NCBI GenBank assembly: GCA_965248695.1
Contig: CBDFKD010000002.1
Coordinates: 4,576,001-4,640,000 of the forward strand
Direction of reading: 5' to 3'
DNA length: 64,000 bases
DNA from: Acidobacteriota bacterium
GTDB taxonomy: Bacteria; Acidobacteriota; UBA890; WLXD01
Shown here: piece after piece, positions 40,529 through 50,669 of the stretch
Layout of the letters: every line of letters begins with the position of its first letter
Position numbering within the stretch: the first letter of the stretch is position 1
The notes under the pieces: generated by a model
Told to the model about the DNA's origin: nothing
Database searches by the model: none
Seen by the model: only the letters and a program-made list of their open reading frames with translations
Program-made: the position numbers and the translations under genes

Positions 40529-41890
40529 ATGCCCGAAGACCGCTTGCCCGAAGTCGTGATCGTCGGCCGTCCGAACGTCGGCAAGTCGACCCTGTTCAAT
40601 CGCATCATCGGGCGCCGGCAGGCGATTGTCGGCGCCGAGCGGGGCCTGACCCGCGACCGGCACATCGCCCCTGCCGAGTGGGCCGCGCGCCACTTCCTGC
40701 TGAGCGATACCGGGGGAGTGGAGTGGGAGTCCGCCGACGAGCTGCTCCGCAAGATCCAGGACCATGCGCTGTACGCGGTGGAGGACGCCGACGTGGTGCT
40801 GTTTCTGGTCGATGTTCGCGAGGGCATGGTGCCGATCGAGGCACGGATCGTCATGGAGCTTCGCCGCCGTGGCATTCCGATGTTGCTGGTGGTCAACAAG
40901 TGCGACACGGCGGAGATCGCCGCATCGCGCACATCGGAGTTCCACGAGCTCGGTGTCCAACCGGTGTTCGCCGTTGCCGCCGAACACGGCGACGGTGTCG
41001 CCGACCTGCTCGACGCCGTTGTCGCCGGGCTGCCGGAGTCCGAGGCGGAGCCCGACGCGTTGCCTGACGGAACGGTCAGGGTAGCGGTCGTCGGGCGACC
41101 CAACGTCGGCAAATCGTCGCTGGTGAACGCCATGCTGGGGCAGGAGCGCGTCGTTGTCAGCGAGGTCTCCGGCACGACGCGCGATGCGATCGACACGCTG
41201 ATGTTTCGCGATGAGCGCCCCTATCTGCTGATCGATACGGCCGGCATTCGCCGCGGCGGGCGGCGTGAGGGGTTTGCCGAGATGGTGAGCGTGACCATTG
41301 CTCGGCGCCGCATGCGACGTGCCGACGTGGCGCTGCTCGTGGTCGACGCAACCGTCGGGCTGACGCGCCAGGACGTCACCATCGCCGCCGAGGCCGGTGG
41401 CTCAGGATGTGCTGTCGTCGTGGTGGTCAACAAGTGGGACCTCATCACTGCCCAGAAGGGTCAGGCCCAGGCCTGGCAGGCAGAGCTGCAGGACCGAATG
41501 GGGAGAATCGGGTTCGCCGAGATCGCTTTCACGTCGGCCAAGACCGGCCGCGCTGTCGACAGCCTGTTCGGCAGGATCGACCGCGTGCAGGGAAACCGCA
41601 TGCGGCGTGTTCCGACCGCTGCCCTTAACGCCCTGTTCGATCGTCTGGAGCAGCGCGGAGTACAGGGCCCGCCGGGCTCCCCGCAGCTGAAGTACCTCAC
41701 CCAGGCCCGGGTCGGGCCACCGAGCTTCATCGTGTTCGTCAGCGGTGGGCGCCGCAAGCTCCCGGACAACTTCACACGCTACCTGGAGAACCGCTTGCGC
41801 GCCGCCTTCGATTTCGGCGGCACGCCGGTACGGGTGTGGGTGCGGCGGCGCCAGAAGCGCGGCCGGGAGGGCGCCGAAGGTGGGCTATAA
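40529..41890 (+). CDS. der: Ribosome biogenesis GTPase Der (EngA)
   Basis: Two GRPNVGKS P-loops, DTGG/DTAG, NKCD/NKWD, KH-like 'RYLENRLR..FDF.GTP'. Confidence 0.97.
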   Translation: MPEDRLPEVVIVGRPNVGKSTLFNRIIGRRQAIVGAERGLTRDRHIAPAEWAARHFLLSDTGGVEWESADELLRKIQDHALYAVEDADVVLFLVDVREGMVPIEARIVMELRRRGIPMLLVVNKCDTAEIAASRTSEFHELGVQPVFAVAAEHGDGVADLLDAVVAGLPESEAEPDALPDGTVRVAVVGRPNVGKSSLVNAMLGQERVVVSEVSGTTRDAIDTLMFRDERPYLLIDTAGIRRGGRREGFAEMVSVTIARRRMRRADVALLVVDATVGLTRQDVTIAAEAGGSGCAVVVVVNKWDLITAQKGQAQAWQAELQDRMGRIGFAEIAFTSAKTGRAVDSLFGRIDRVQGNRMRRVPTAALNALFDRLEQRGVQGPPGSPQLKYLTQARVGPPSFIVFVSGGRRKLPDNFTRYLENRLRAAFDFGGTPVRVWVRRRQKRGREGAEGGL

Positions 41891-41930
41891 TCGCATCGTC
41901 TCAGCGGCCTAGTTGCATCCCCAAGGCGCC

Positions 41931-42215
41931 ATGACGCTCACCAAGCGAGAGATCGCCCGCTCCATTCACGCGGCCGAGCCTGCGATCTCGATCAGTGAGG
42001 CGGTCACGCTGGTAGACAAGCTGTTCGTAGTCTTGGAGCGCCGCCTCGACCGCGGCGAGAAGGTCATGATCACCAACTTCGGCGTCTTCGAGGTGGTCGA
42101 CCGCGCCCGGCGCCGTGGCGTGAATCCGGCCACCGGCGACAGCATGCTCATCCCGGCTCACCGAGCGGTTTCCTTTCATCCGGCCCCGGCGCTGATCGAG
42201 TTGATCAATGGCTGA
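41931..42215 (+). CDS. ihfA: Integration host factor alpha-like protein
   Basis: 'MTLTK', 'GEKVMITNFGVF', 'G.NP.TG'; position upstream of merR-tRNA-Pro-surE. Confidence 0.7.
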   Translation: MTLTKREIARSIHAAEPAISISEAVTLVDKLFVVLERRLDRGEKVMITNFGVFEVVDRARRRGVNPATGDSMLIPAHRAVSFHPAPALIELING

Positions 42216-42567
42216 GTCCACCGCGGTCGCCACCGGCTACAGGAAGGGCTTCTATCGCATGGGTGAGGTGTGCAGCCTCACCGACCTCGAGAGCCACGTC
42301 CTGCGCTACTGGGAGCACGAGTTTCCGCAGCTGCGCCCGCGCAAGAGCCGCGGTGGTCAGCGCATGTATCGCCCCGACGACATCGAGCTCATCCTCCGCA
42401 TCCGCGACCTTTTACACCAGGAGGGATACACGATTGCCGGGGCCCGGCGGCGGCTGCGATCCGAGTCCGCACCCGCGGGCGAACCGGATTCGGCGGCGCT
42501 GCTGGAGGACGCCCGCCGCGAGATCGACGCGATCTTGACCCTGCTGGAGGCCAATGACAAGCTCTGA
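42208..42567 (+). CDS. MerR family transcriptional regulator
   Basis: 'YRMGEV...TDLESHVLRYWE.EFPQL.P.K..GGQR.Y', 'GYTIAGA'. Confidence 0.92.
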   Translation: MAESTAVATGYRKGFYRMGEVCSLTDLESHVLRYWEHEFPQLRPRKSRGGQRMYRPDDIELILRIRDLLHQEGYTIAGARRRLRSESAPAGEPDSAALLEDARREIDAILTLLEANDKL

Positions 42568-42599
42568 TCGGGGCGGTCAATTCGACGCCGACCCCGCAT

Positions 42600-42674
42600 C
42601 GGGACGTGGCGCAGCTTGGATAGCGCACCTGACTGGGGGTCAGGGGGTCGGGAGTTCAAATCTCCCCGTCCCGA
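42600..42674 (+). tRNA. tRNA-Pro(GGG)
   Basis: Acceptor CGGGACG/CGTCCCG; anticodon arm CCTGA-CTGGGGG-TCAGG; T-loop GTTCAAATC; CCA not encoded. Confidence 0.95.
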
Positions 42675-42690
42675 CTGAAGCTTTCTCGTT

Positions 42691-43491
42691 TTGACGACAT
42701 CGATTCTGGTCACCAACGACGACGGGATCCACTCGCCTGGGCTGCACGCTCTGGCAGACGCCCTGCGGCCTTTGGGCGAAGTGACGATCGTCGCCCCGGA
42801 TCGTGAGAAGAGCGCCGCCTCGCATGCGCTGACGCTGCACCGGCCGGTCACCGTTCGACAGCTGGAGCCGGGCGTCTACACCGCCGATGGGACGCCGGCC
42901 GACTGCGTGTACCTTGGCGCGCTGAGCGTGCTGGAGCGCAAGCCCGATCTGGTGGCGTCGGGCATCAATCGCGGCAGCAACATAGGCGACGACGTGACGT
43001 ACTCGGGCACGGTGGCGGCGGCACTGGAGGGGACGATCCTGGGGATCTCCTCGATTGCCATCTCGCAGGCGGCGGGCATGAACGATGAGCGCGGGCAACA
43101 CGGCGAGCTGGCGTTCTCCTGGGACACCTCGGCGCGGGCGGCGCGCCAGGTGGCGGAACAGGTGCTCAGCGAAGGATTGCCCGACGACATCCTGCTCAAC
43201 GTCAACGTGCCGGTCGATCCGGTGAAGGGCGTCCGCTGCACGCGCCAGGGCAAGCACCTCTACGATCAAGTATCACACCAGGTGGTCGATCCACGTGGGC
43301 GCATTTCCTACTGGGTCGGCAGCGGCGAGCCGCGAGAGATCGAGCAATCGGAGGACACCGATTACATGTCGGTGCGGCGCGGCTACGTGTCGATCACGCC
43401 TCTGCACCTGGACCTGACGCACCGGCAGTTTCTCGAGCGGATCCAGGGCGAATGGGAGTCGAGCCTCGACGCCCAGTTTCGCGTAGAGTGA
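42691..43491 (+). CDS. surE: 5'/3'-nucleotidase SurE
   Basis: 'ILVTNDDGIHSPG', 'GTPADCV', 'SGINRGSN', 'YSGTVAAA'. Confidence 0.97.
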   Translation: MTTSILVTNDDGIHSPGLHALADALRPLGEVTIVAPDREKSAASHALTLHRPVTVRQLEPGVYTADGTPADCVYLGALSVLERKPDLVASGINRGSNIGDDVTYSGTVAAALEGTILGISSIAISQAAGMNDERGQHGELAFSWDTSARAARQVAEQVLSEGLPDDILLNVNVPVDPVKGVRCTRQGKHLYDQVSHQVVDPRGRISYWVGSGEPREIEQSEDTDYMSVRRGYVSITPLHLDLTHRQFLERIQGEWESSLDAQFRVE

Positions 43492-43521
43492 GCCGCTTCG
43501 CGCCGACTGAGCCGTCCGCGC

Positions 43522-44523
43522 TCAGTCGTCCCCGAGTCGGGAGACCGCCACGGTGGCGAGGGTGCCACCCACAATGAGCGCCAGGCCGACGGCCGCCTGC
43601 CCCCCTGTGGGGCGGAAGGACTCGACGGGCCATTCGGTGCGGTCGATGTGCGGCAAGCTCTCCGGTGTCACCAGGAAACCCTTGAGGGTGGTTCCCAGTC
43701 CGGGCTCTACCGCCTGCTGGAAAGGCCAGAGACCCACCACCACGCCCGCGAGCAGGCCCAGCAGGACCCCCAGGGTCGCTGGTCGATAGCTCTCAAGCAG
43801 ATAGCGAAGCAGGTTGCTGATCGCCGCCACGCCGATCACGATCCCGAGCCCGACCGGTACGAACACCCGTAGCACCGGGTCTGCGAGTGCGGCGATGTCG
43901 GCGATCCGGAGCGCGTCGACGGCGCGTTCGATGGCGGTGAGGATGTGGACATACTGACCCAGCACCAGTAGCAGATACCCACCGCTGATCCCCGGCAGGA
44001 TCATCGAGGCGGCGCCCGCAGCGCCGGCGACCATTAGGGCCAGAAAGCCACCTCCGGTCCCACTCGCCGCCGCCACGCCGCGTTGCGCGATGCCGAGCGC
44101 CACCATGCTGCTGATCCCGGCCGCTACACCGAGCCAGAGCGCTGGCGACGCCGGTCGCGCGAGACGCCAGAGTGCCGGGATGCCGCCGAGCGTCAGTCCG
44201 ACGAACAGGGAGTACATCATCCATCGTTGATGCACGACCAGGTCTCTCACCGGGCCAGCGAGCACGGCGATACCCAGCGCGGCAGCCCCGCCGATGACCA
44301 ACACCATCAGAACGGACCGCCGCCGCCAGCGCAGCCGCGAGATATCGGCCACGGCGTCGATGAACTCACCGTAGACGCCTGTAGCCAGCAGCATCGTCCC
44401 ACCGCTGATTCCGGGTACCAGATTAGCGACCCCCATGAGCACGCCCCCGATGACGGCGCGAGCCGTTCGGATGCCCGCAGAGGGGCTGAGGGAAGCAGCG
44501 CGGGGAGGCGCATTGTCGGTCAT
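43522..44523 (-). CDS. DUF368 membrane protein
   Basis: 'MGVANLVPGISGGT' and 'MILPGISGG' repeats. Confidence 0.9.
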   Translation of the reverse strand: MTDNAPPRAASLSPSAGIRTARAVIGGVLMGVANLVPGISGGTMLLATGVYGEFIDAVADISRLRWRRRSVLMVLVIGGAAALGIAVLAGPVRDLVVHQRWMMYSLFVGLTLGGIPALWRLARPASPALWLGVAAGISSMVALGIAQRGVAAASGTGGGFLALMVAGAAGAASMILPGISGGYLLLVLGQYVHILTAIERAVDALRIADIAALADPVLRVFVPVGLGIVIGVAAISNLLRYLLESYRPATLGVLLGLLAGVVVGLWPFQQAVEPGLGTTLKGFLVTPESLPHIDRTEWPVESFRPTGGQAAVGLALIVGGTLATVAVSRLGDD

Positions 44524-44564
44524 TCGTCCATGCTACACTCGCGTTTCGTCTGGGGTTTTCGTGT

Positions 44565-44642
44565 CGGGGCGTAGCGCAGCTTGGATAGCGCGCACGGTTC
44601 GGGTCCGTGAGGTCGGGAGTTCAAATCTCCCCGCCCCGACCA
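44565..44642 (+). tRNA. tRNA-Pro(CGG)
   Basis: Acceptor CGGGGCG/CGCCCCG; anticodon arm CACGG-TTCGGGT-CCGTG; GTTCAAATC; encoded CCA. Confidence 0.95.
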
Positions 44643-44695
44643 TCTTTTCCTACTGACGCGGCAGTCGTCGCGCTGTGCTCATCGGTTGCTTATCG

Positions 44696-45229
44696 ATGGA
44701 CCTCTCCGCCACCGAGCTGCGGCTGCGGGAACTGATCCGCGATGTTCCCGATTTCCCGACGCCCGGGATCGTCTTCAAGGACATCACCACGCTGCTGACG
44801 GACGGCGAGGCGTTCCGCGACGCCGTGCGGGCGATGTGCATGCCCTTTCGCGCTGAACGGCCGGAGATTCTCATGGCCATCGAGTCGCGCGGCTTCCCGT
44901 TCGGTGCCGCCATGGCCTTGGAGCTCGGTTGTGGGATCGCGCTGGTGCGCAAGCCCGGACGGCTGCCCGCGGCAACCGAGCGCGTCCACTACGACCTCGA
45001 GTACGGCTCCGACAGCCTCGAGATCCATCGTGATGCGTTGCAGCCTGGTCAGCGCGTCCTGGTCGTGGATGATCTTCTTGCCACCGGCGGCACGGCGCGG
45101 GCAACCGTCGAGCTCGCCCGTCGACTCGAGGCCGAGGTGCTGGGAGTGACCGTGCTCATCGAGCTCACATTCCTCGACGGTCGTCAGCGGCTCGACGGTA
45201 TCGACCTGCACTCCGTTCTGAAGTATTGA
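44696..45229 (+). CDS. apt: Adenine phosphoribosyltransferase
   Basis: 'PDFP.PGI.FKDIT', 'ESRGF', 'YDLEYG', 'VDDLLATGGT'. Confidence 0.97.
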   Translation: MDLSATELRLRELIRDVPDFPTPGIVFKDITTLLTDGEAFRDAVRAMCMPFRAERPEILMAIESRGFPFGAAMALELGCGIALVRKPGRLPAATERVHYDLEYGSDSLEIHRDALQPGQRVLVVDDLLATGGTARATVELARRLEAEVLGVTVLIELTFLDGRQRLDGIDLHSVLKY

Positions 45230-46602
45230 CCGCTACCGACGACGACGGGGAGCTCTCGCCAGCTCGCCGTGCTCACCGGTCGGACGGGCGCCGGATACTC
45301 GACGCGGCGATCGGTGCGGTCGACGGCGAGAGAATCGTCGAGGAGCAGCTCACGCTACTCGATGACCCGGACGGAGGCTCCCCGTGGGTGCGCGCCGGGA
45401 GCCACTCGATGCGGCTCCCTTCCGGGCAGCTGTTCGTTGTCGCGGCCGGCAAGGCAGCGGTGCCAATGGCGGCGGCGGCGGAGCGTGTCTTCGGGTCCCG
45501 CATCGCCGACGGAGTGGCGATCACCAACGAGGTCGACGCGATGCCGCTGGAGCGGCTGCGGGTACGCCAGGCGCGGCATCCCATTCCCGACGTTCGCGGG
45601 GTACGCGCAACCGACGAGTTGCTGCGCCTGGTCGGCTCAGCAGGCGTCGACGATCTCGTCGTCTGTCTGATCTCCGGCGGAGCGTCGGCGCTCATGGTAC
45701 GTCCGGCAGAGGGGGTCGAGTTGGAGCAGTTACAGCGAACTACGGAGAAGCTGCTTGCCTCCGGGGCACCGATCGACGACGTCAACGCCGTCCGCAAGCA
45801 CCTTTCCGCCGTCAAGGGGGGACGACTTGCGGAGGCCGCCCATCCGGCCGCGTTGTTGACCCTGATGCTCTCTGACGTCGTCGGCAACCCGTTGACCGCG
45901 ATCGGGTCCGGACCCACCGTGCCAGACCCGACCAGCTTCGCGGATAGTCTCGCGGTGGTCGAGCGTCACGACCTGATCGACGAGCTGCCACCTCCCGTCC
46001 TGGATCGTCTTCGCCGCGGGGCGCGCGGGGAGATACCCGAAACGCCTGACGCCGATTCGTCGGTCTTTGCGCGGGTAACCAACCTGGTGATCGGTGACAA
46101 CACCCGTGCTCTGCAGGCGGCGGCGATCGAAGCTTCGCGGCTCGGGTACCGACCATTCATTCTGACGTCCCGGCTACAGGGCGAGGCCCGATCGGTCGGA
46201 CGACAGCTGGCCGCACTCGGTGCGTCGTGCATCGGCGGCGGGTCCGCTTGTCTGCTAACCGGCGGCGAGACGACCGTACAGGTGGTGGGTCGAGGCCGCG
46301 GCGGACGTAACCAGGAAGCGGCGCTGGCGGCGGCGCTGCAACTGGACGGCATTGCCGACGTGACCTTCGCGTCCGTGGGAACGGATGGCTGTGACGGCCC
46401 GACCGATGCAGCCGGCGCGTTCGCCGACGGAGCCACCGTGGGTCGCGGGCGAGCACGCGGGTTGGAGGCCGGCGAGTTCCTGTTGGACAACGACTCGTAT
46501 ACGTTCTTTGGAGCCCTGGGTGATCTGGTCCGTACTGGCCCGACGAGGACCAACGTGATGGATCTCCAGCTCGTCCTGGTGGGAGCGCAATCGCATGGCT
46601 GA
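45226..46602 (+). CDS. Glycerate 2-kinase (DUF4147/MOFRL family)
   Basis: 'GKAA..MA', 'LISGGASAL', 'SDVVG', 'GGETTV', 'GGRNQE', 'GTDG.DG', 'TNVMD'. Confidence 0.92.
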   Translation: MTATDDDGELSPARRAHRSDGRRILDAAIGAVDGERIVEEQLTLLDDPDGGSPWVRAGSHSMRLPSGQLFVVAAGKAAVPMAAAAERVFGSRIADGVAITNEVDAMPLERLRVRQARHPIPDVRGVRATDELLRLVGSAGVDDLVVCLISGGASALMVRPAEGVELEQLQRTTEKLLASGAPIDDVNAVRKHLSAVKGGRLAEAAHPAALLTLMLSDVVGNPLTAIGSGPTVPDPTSFADSLAVVERHDLIDELPPPVLDRLRRGARGEIPETPDADSSVFARVTNLVIGDNTRALQAAAIEASRLGYRPFILTSRLQGEARSVGRQLAALGASCIGGGSACLLTGGETTVQVVGRGRGGRNQEAALAAALQLDGIADVTFASVGTDGCDGPTDAAGAFADGATVGRGRARGLEAGEFLLDNDSYTFFGALGDLVRTGPTRTNVMDLQLVLVGAQSHG

Positions 46603-47383
46603 GGACCGTCGCACGGCCACCACGCTGGATCAGCTGGAGGCTGCGCGAGTCGCCGTCGAGACCGAGTATCTGGAGTGCATGCACGGGCTCGAAATCCACG
46701 CCGACGCGCTGCGTGCTGTCGTCGGTGATCTGGCGCTGCTGCCCACGGACCCCGAGGAACTGACGGCTGACGAAACGGACAGCGCTGCGCCCGCGGCAGC
46801 GACGATCGCCCTGTCTGCCGTCGAGCCGCCGCACGAAGTTGCGCTCGCCGCATTGACGCTGCCGACTGCTGGTCTCCGGGGCTGGCTCGTGGGCTGGTTG
46901 CTGGGCGACGTGCAGTCGGTCATCGACCAGCGCGAGGCTGCCGTCGAGGCCGCGATGGGCGAGCTGCGGGCCGACCTCGGTAGGTTGCGCGACGATGTCT
47001 CCGAGGTGCTGGAGCGCCTTCAGAAAGCCTCGACGGTCCGAATCGATAGCGCGATTGCGGGATTGCGCGCCACGCTGCAGCAACAGAAAGCCGCGCAGAC
47101 CGAAGCGTGTGACGAGGACTCTCGACGCTGGCGTGGCGTCGGCGAGGTTCTCGACCGCGTGGTGGAGGGCTTGACGCAGGCGACCCGTCTCAGCGAACGG
47201 CTTCGCGCTGTGGTCGACGCCAAGGACGCCGAGGGTCTACAACGCGCTGTGCAGGGGCCGGCGCTGCAGATCGAGGTGATCATCGACGAGCTCATGCGCC
47301 GCCAGGAAGCGCTGCTGGCGGAGCTCGTTGGCCGGCGGCAGGAGCTCGACGAGCTCGTCGCATCGGTGTCCAGGGGCGACTGA
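46595..47383 (+). CDS. Hypothetical coiled-coil protein
   Basis: 262-aa helical Ala/Glu/Leu-rich ORF overlapping the upstream stop. Confidence 0.55.
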   Translation: MAEDRRTATTLDQLEAARVAVETEYLECMHGLEIHADALRAVVGDLALLPTDPEELTADETDSAAPAAATIALSAVEPPHEVALAALTLPTAGLRGWLVGWLLGDVQSVIDQREAAVEAAMGELRADLGRLRDDVSEVLERLQKASTVRIDSAIAGLRATLQQQKAAQTEACDEDSRRWRGVGEVLDRVVEGLTQATRLSERLRAVVDAKDAEGLQRAVQGPALQIEVIIDELMRRQEALLAELVGRRQELDELVASVSRGD

Positions 47384-47428
47384 CCGCGGCCGGTACCGAC
47401 GCATCCGCACGTCAGCCAATCGGACGGC

Positions 47429-48100
47429 TCACCCCGCCGAGCCGCTTGGACCCTTGCGATCCGCGCCACGCGGGCGGTCGAGCAATCGGTCGATCTGATC
47501 GAGCGGGTCGGGGATGTCGGCGGCGAGCCGCGCGGCGAGGTGCGGTAGCCGATCGTGGCCCCAGAACAGCTCCTCGCCCAGGCGGCAGGTCGGCACTCCG
47601 AACACTCCTCGCTGGATCGCGTCCGTGGTCGATTGTCGTAGTCGATCCTTGGTCTGCTTTGCAGAGATTCCGACTTCCAGTAGGCTAGCGTCGAGGCCGA
47701 CCTCGGCCATCACCGCCGCCAGCGTGGTGAGATCGGCCAGGTCGCGGCCGTCTCCCCAGCAGGCGCGAGCTAACGCCGTGGCGAGTTCCAGACACCGCGG
47801 GTCTTCCAGGTGCAGGCACACGGTGCGTAACGCTTCCAGTGAGCGAAAGGGATGTGTCGGCGGACCGGCCAGGGGAACGCCGAGCAGTGACGCGCTGCGA
47901 CGCACATCGGCGAACGTGTAGCGGCGCTTGGCCTCGACCTCGACCGGACCGACGAGCCCAGTGTGGTTCAAGAGCACCGCGTAGACTACGGGTCGCGGCT
48001 GCCATTCAACTCCGTGGCAGCGGCCGAACTCGCGCGCCTGCGTCAGTAGCAGGTACGTGTAGGGTGAGACGAAGTCGAAGTAGAGCTCAACGGTTCTCAT
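47429..48100 (-). CDS. 2-hydroxychromene-2-carboxylate isomerase / DsbA-like (GST-kappa) protein
   Basis: 'YFDFVSPYTYL', 'RGVFGVPT', 'ELFWGHDRL'; start ATG 48100. Confidence 0.9.
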   Translation of the reverse strand: MRTVELYFDFVSPYTYLLLTQAREFGRCHGVEWQPRPVVYAVLLNHTGLVGPVEVEAKRRYTFADVRRSASLLGVPLAGPPTHPFRSLEALRTVCLHLEDPRCLELATALARACWGDGRDLADLTTLAAVMAEVGLDASLLEVGISAKQTKDRLRQSTTDAIQRGVFGVPTCRLGEELFWGHDRLPHLAARLAADIPDPLDQIDRLLDRPRGADRKGPSGSAG

Positions 48101-48126
48101 GCAATTGGCCTCATGCAATTGGCCTC
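48096..48126. repeat. 14-bp tandem duplication spanning RBS and start codon
   Basis: CTCATGCAATTGGC x2 followed by CTC. Confidence 0.8.
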
Positions 48127-48159
48127 GTCCGGCTGGCCGTATCACGTCCCCGCCGGCTG

Positions 48160-50469
48160 TCAGAGGTCATCGGGCGGCTCGTCCTGCTCGAGCGCCTGGC
48201 GCAGCCGCTCGCGTGCGGCCTCATCGCCGAACAACGTGGAATCTGTGTGCAGCAACTCGGCCACGACATCGTCGAGGCTGCGCTCGCTACGACGGCGCTG
48301 GTGCTCGCTGAGGTCACCGATAAACGGCCACAGGCGCACCCGGATGTCCGGTGGTAGCACTTGCTCGAGGTATTCCAGAGAGATGCTCTTGAGCTTGTCG
48401 TCGTCGAGAACGATGCCGTGAAACGCCGTTCGGATCGGGGCGGGCTCGAGAACCAGTGACAGGAGTCGGAACGTGTGCTCGAGCGAGAGCTCGCCGCGAC
48501 CATAAACGCGGTCGCTGATGAAGTCATCTGCGGTCGGGCGATCGTCGAGCAAGCGCTGCAGCTCCCAGATGGGTTGGTCTCGGCCGACCTCCGTCCGTAC
48601 GGCCCCCCAGACGCGGTCCTCGACATCGCGCTCGGCGATAGCTCGGGCTTTCTTGCGCCGCTGCGCCAGCGCCACGCCGCTGCGGTAGCGGATTTCGAAG
48701 CGGTCGCCGGCCAATCCATCCAGGAGCGCGTCGTCGGCGCGCGCCAGCTTGATCCCCGACAGAACGCGTGGGATACGGCGGCGAATGACGAAGTCGGCGG
48801 ACGGTTCCATCATCGTGGCCGCCAACGAATCGACCGCCTGGTCGGCCAGGCGTATCAGGATGCTGCCGGCTCGCCGGTAGAAGGCGTCGCGGGCCAGTAG
48901 CCGGGTCAGCGCGTCGACGTGCTCGACAGTCCAGTCATCGGCACCGTCGAGCGTTGCCGAGATGGTCTCGGGATCGCCTTCAGTTATGCAGTGGAGGGTG
49001 GTCGCGGCGCTCTGCTCCGATGCCTGCCCTGGCGTGCGTTTGGTCGCCTCTGGCAGTGTCAGACCGGACTGCGTGAGCGCCGCATTGAAGTCGAACTGTG
49101 TCACCGTCATGGTCATCTCACCGCCGGCGAATTGGGTCTGCACCAGGGCGTCCTCGATGCCCTCCTGCCCTTCCTGTAGCCGGTCGAGCAGGGTGCGGAA
49201 ATACTCCGCCCCCATGGCTCTGGCCAACAGCAGGAAGAGGCCTGCCGTGATCGCGACGACCGCGGCAAGGCCGCGCGACGGCAGCCCTGCGAAGACGACC
49301 CAGGCGAAGACGACCGCCGCGGCGGTACCCTCGGCGGCGCTATCCACAAACGAATCCACGAACGTCTTTGTCCGTCGTCGCTGGCTGGCGGGGACGGGAA
49401 CGTAGAGATACTCGAGCACCGAGCGATGCACCGATCTTCGCAGCGTGTTGTCGGTGCCCCGCACCACGGTGGCGGTGACCAGCCCGGGTAGCCAGAACAG
49501 AGCGGCGGAGCCGGTGAGGAGTGCGATCGGAAGCACGGCCAGGCTTACGCCGATACCGGCGGAGCTCAGCAGACGCGAGGCTACCAGCATCTGGATTGCA
49601 AGCGCCGCAACACCGCTGATGCCGTAGAAGGTGCCCAAGAAGGCCGCAAAATCCGTGTCGTCGGGATACGCAGCGGCAGCCGCCTCCTTGAACTGGTAGT
49701 CGATGAGGCCGGATGCGAAGGTGGCGACGGCGACGATCAGCGCCATCGTACGCAGATGTGGAGTGCGGACAACGAGCGCCAGACTTTCGGCGACTGCCGG
49801 GCTGTCGACGTCGCGCGGCGCCGAGTCGACGGTGGGCTCCGGCAGCAAGCGCAGCAACAGGAGCAGGGCCCCGAGCGCGGCGATCAGGCTCAGAACGAGC
49901 CCGGAGTTTCCCATGCCCGGGGAAGACGAAAGGCTCTCGAGGGTCCGGCCGACGGGACCCAGCGAAAGGCCGGCGACCATGGCGCCGAGCGTTCCACCCG
50001 CCCCGATCATCCCGAATAGTAGCTTCGCGTCGCGCAGCGCGAACTGCTCCGAGGTCACGACCCAGAACCCGGACGTGAGGAGGAGCGTTCCCAGCGCTGT
50101 GAAAACGTAGAAAGCGACCGTGGTGGCGCCGTCGACCGCGTCGGATGCCGACAGCGAGGTCAGGGCCCAGAGCACGAAGAGCCCGCCGATAAGGATCGAG
50201 ATCAGCATCTGGTAGACGGTCTCGGGCTCCTGGCGGGTCATCAGGCGACTGAACGCGCCGACAAGCGGCAGGCTCAGGAGCGCCGTGACGATGATCACGT
50301 AGGGGAGCGACTCGATCGAGAACTCGTCGATGAAGAACGCCTCGCGCAGCGAACGGGCGGCGATGCTGAACGCCATGACCAGGAACGCGCCCAGCGCGGA
50401 TACGGTGAACTTGCGGTGCTGGTGTGGTCGGATGTCCAACCAGCGCGCCAGCGCCAACAAGGGGCTCAT
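48160..50469 (-). CDS. Npt/TLC-like nucleotide transporter fused to a HEAT-repeat domain
   Basis: About 12 TM N-terminal domain ('R.AK.LFG.IGAGGTLG', 'DYQFK', 'LY.PVP...R..TK.F.D'); helical repeat C-terminus. Confidence 0.75.
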   Translation of the reverse strand: MSPLLALARWLDIRPHQHRKFTVSALGAFLVMAFSIAARSLREAFFIDEFSIESLPYVIIVTALLSLPLVGAFSRLMTRQEPETVYQMLISILIGGLFVLWALTSLSASDAVDGATTVAFYVFTALGTLLLTSGFWVVTSEQFALRDAKLLFGMIGAGGTLGAMVAGLSLGPVGRTLESLSSSPGMGNSGLVLSLIAALGALLLLLRLLPEPTVDSAPRDVDSPAVAESLALVVRTPHLRTMALIVAVATFASGLIDYQFKEAAAAAYPDDTDFAAFLGTFYGISGVAALAIQMLVASRLLSSAGIGVSLAVLPIALLTGSAALFWLPGLVTATVVRGTDNTLRRSVHRSVLEYLYVPVPASQRRRTKTFVDSFVDSAAEGTAAAVVFAWVVFAGLPSRGLAAVVAITAGLFLLLARAMGAEYFRTLLDRLQEGQEGIEDALVQTQFAGGEMTMTVTQFDFNAALTQSGLTLPEATKRTPGQASEQSAATTLHCITEGDPETISATLDGADDWTVEHVDALTRLLARDAFYRRAGSILIRLADQAVDSLAATMMEPSADFVIRRRIPRVLSGIKLARADDALLDGLAGDRFEIRYRSGVALAQRRKKARAIAERDVEDRVWGAVRTEVGRDQPIWELQRLLDDRPTADDFISDRVYGRGELSLEHTFRLLSLVLEPAPIRTAFHGIVLDDDKLKSISLEYLEQVLPPDIRVRLWPFIGDLSEHQRRRSERSLDDVVAELLHTDSTLFGDEAARERLRQALEQDEPPDDL

Positions 50470-50669
50470 GGTGTCTGCGCTGGTGTTGCGATTCCGACGA
50501 TGGCACCGAGGCGAGCTTGCCAGCGATTCGGTGACGCGTCTTCGGGCACGTTTCCTCGCGCGGAGTGGCTCAGAGCCGATCCGTGGCGCGCGATTGTAGC
50601 ATCGGTCGTGGAGCCCGAGCGGGCGGTGCTAGACTCTTCTCAACGAGCCTGAGACGCGGGTAGGGAATC

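Noticed and set aside
42600-44642. The two tRNA-Pro genes as attL/attR of an integrated element
   Set aside because: Both are complete tRNAs with different anticodons, and the enclosed surE and DUF368 genes are ordinary; no adjacent integrase.
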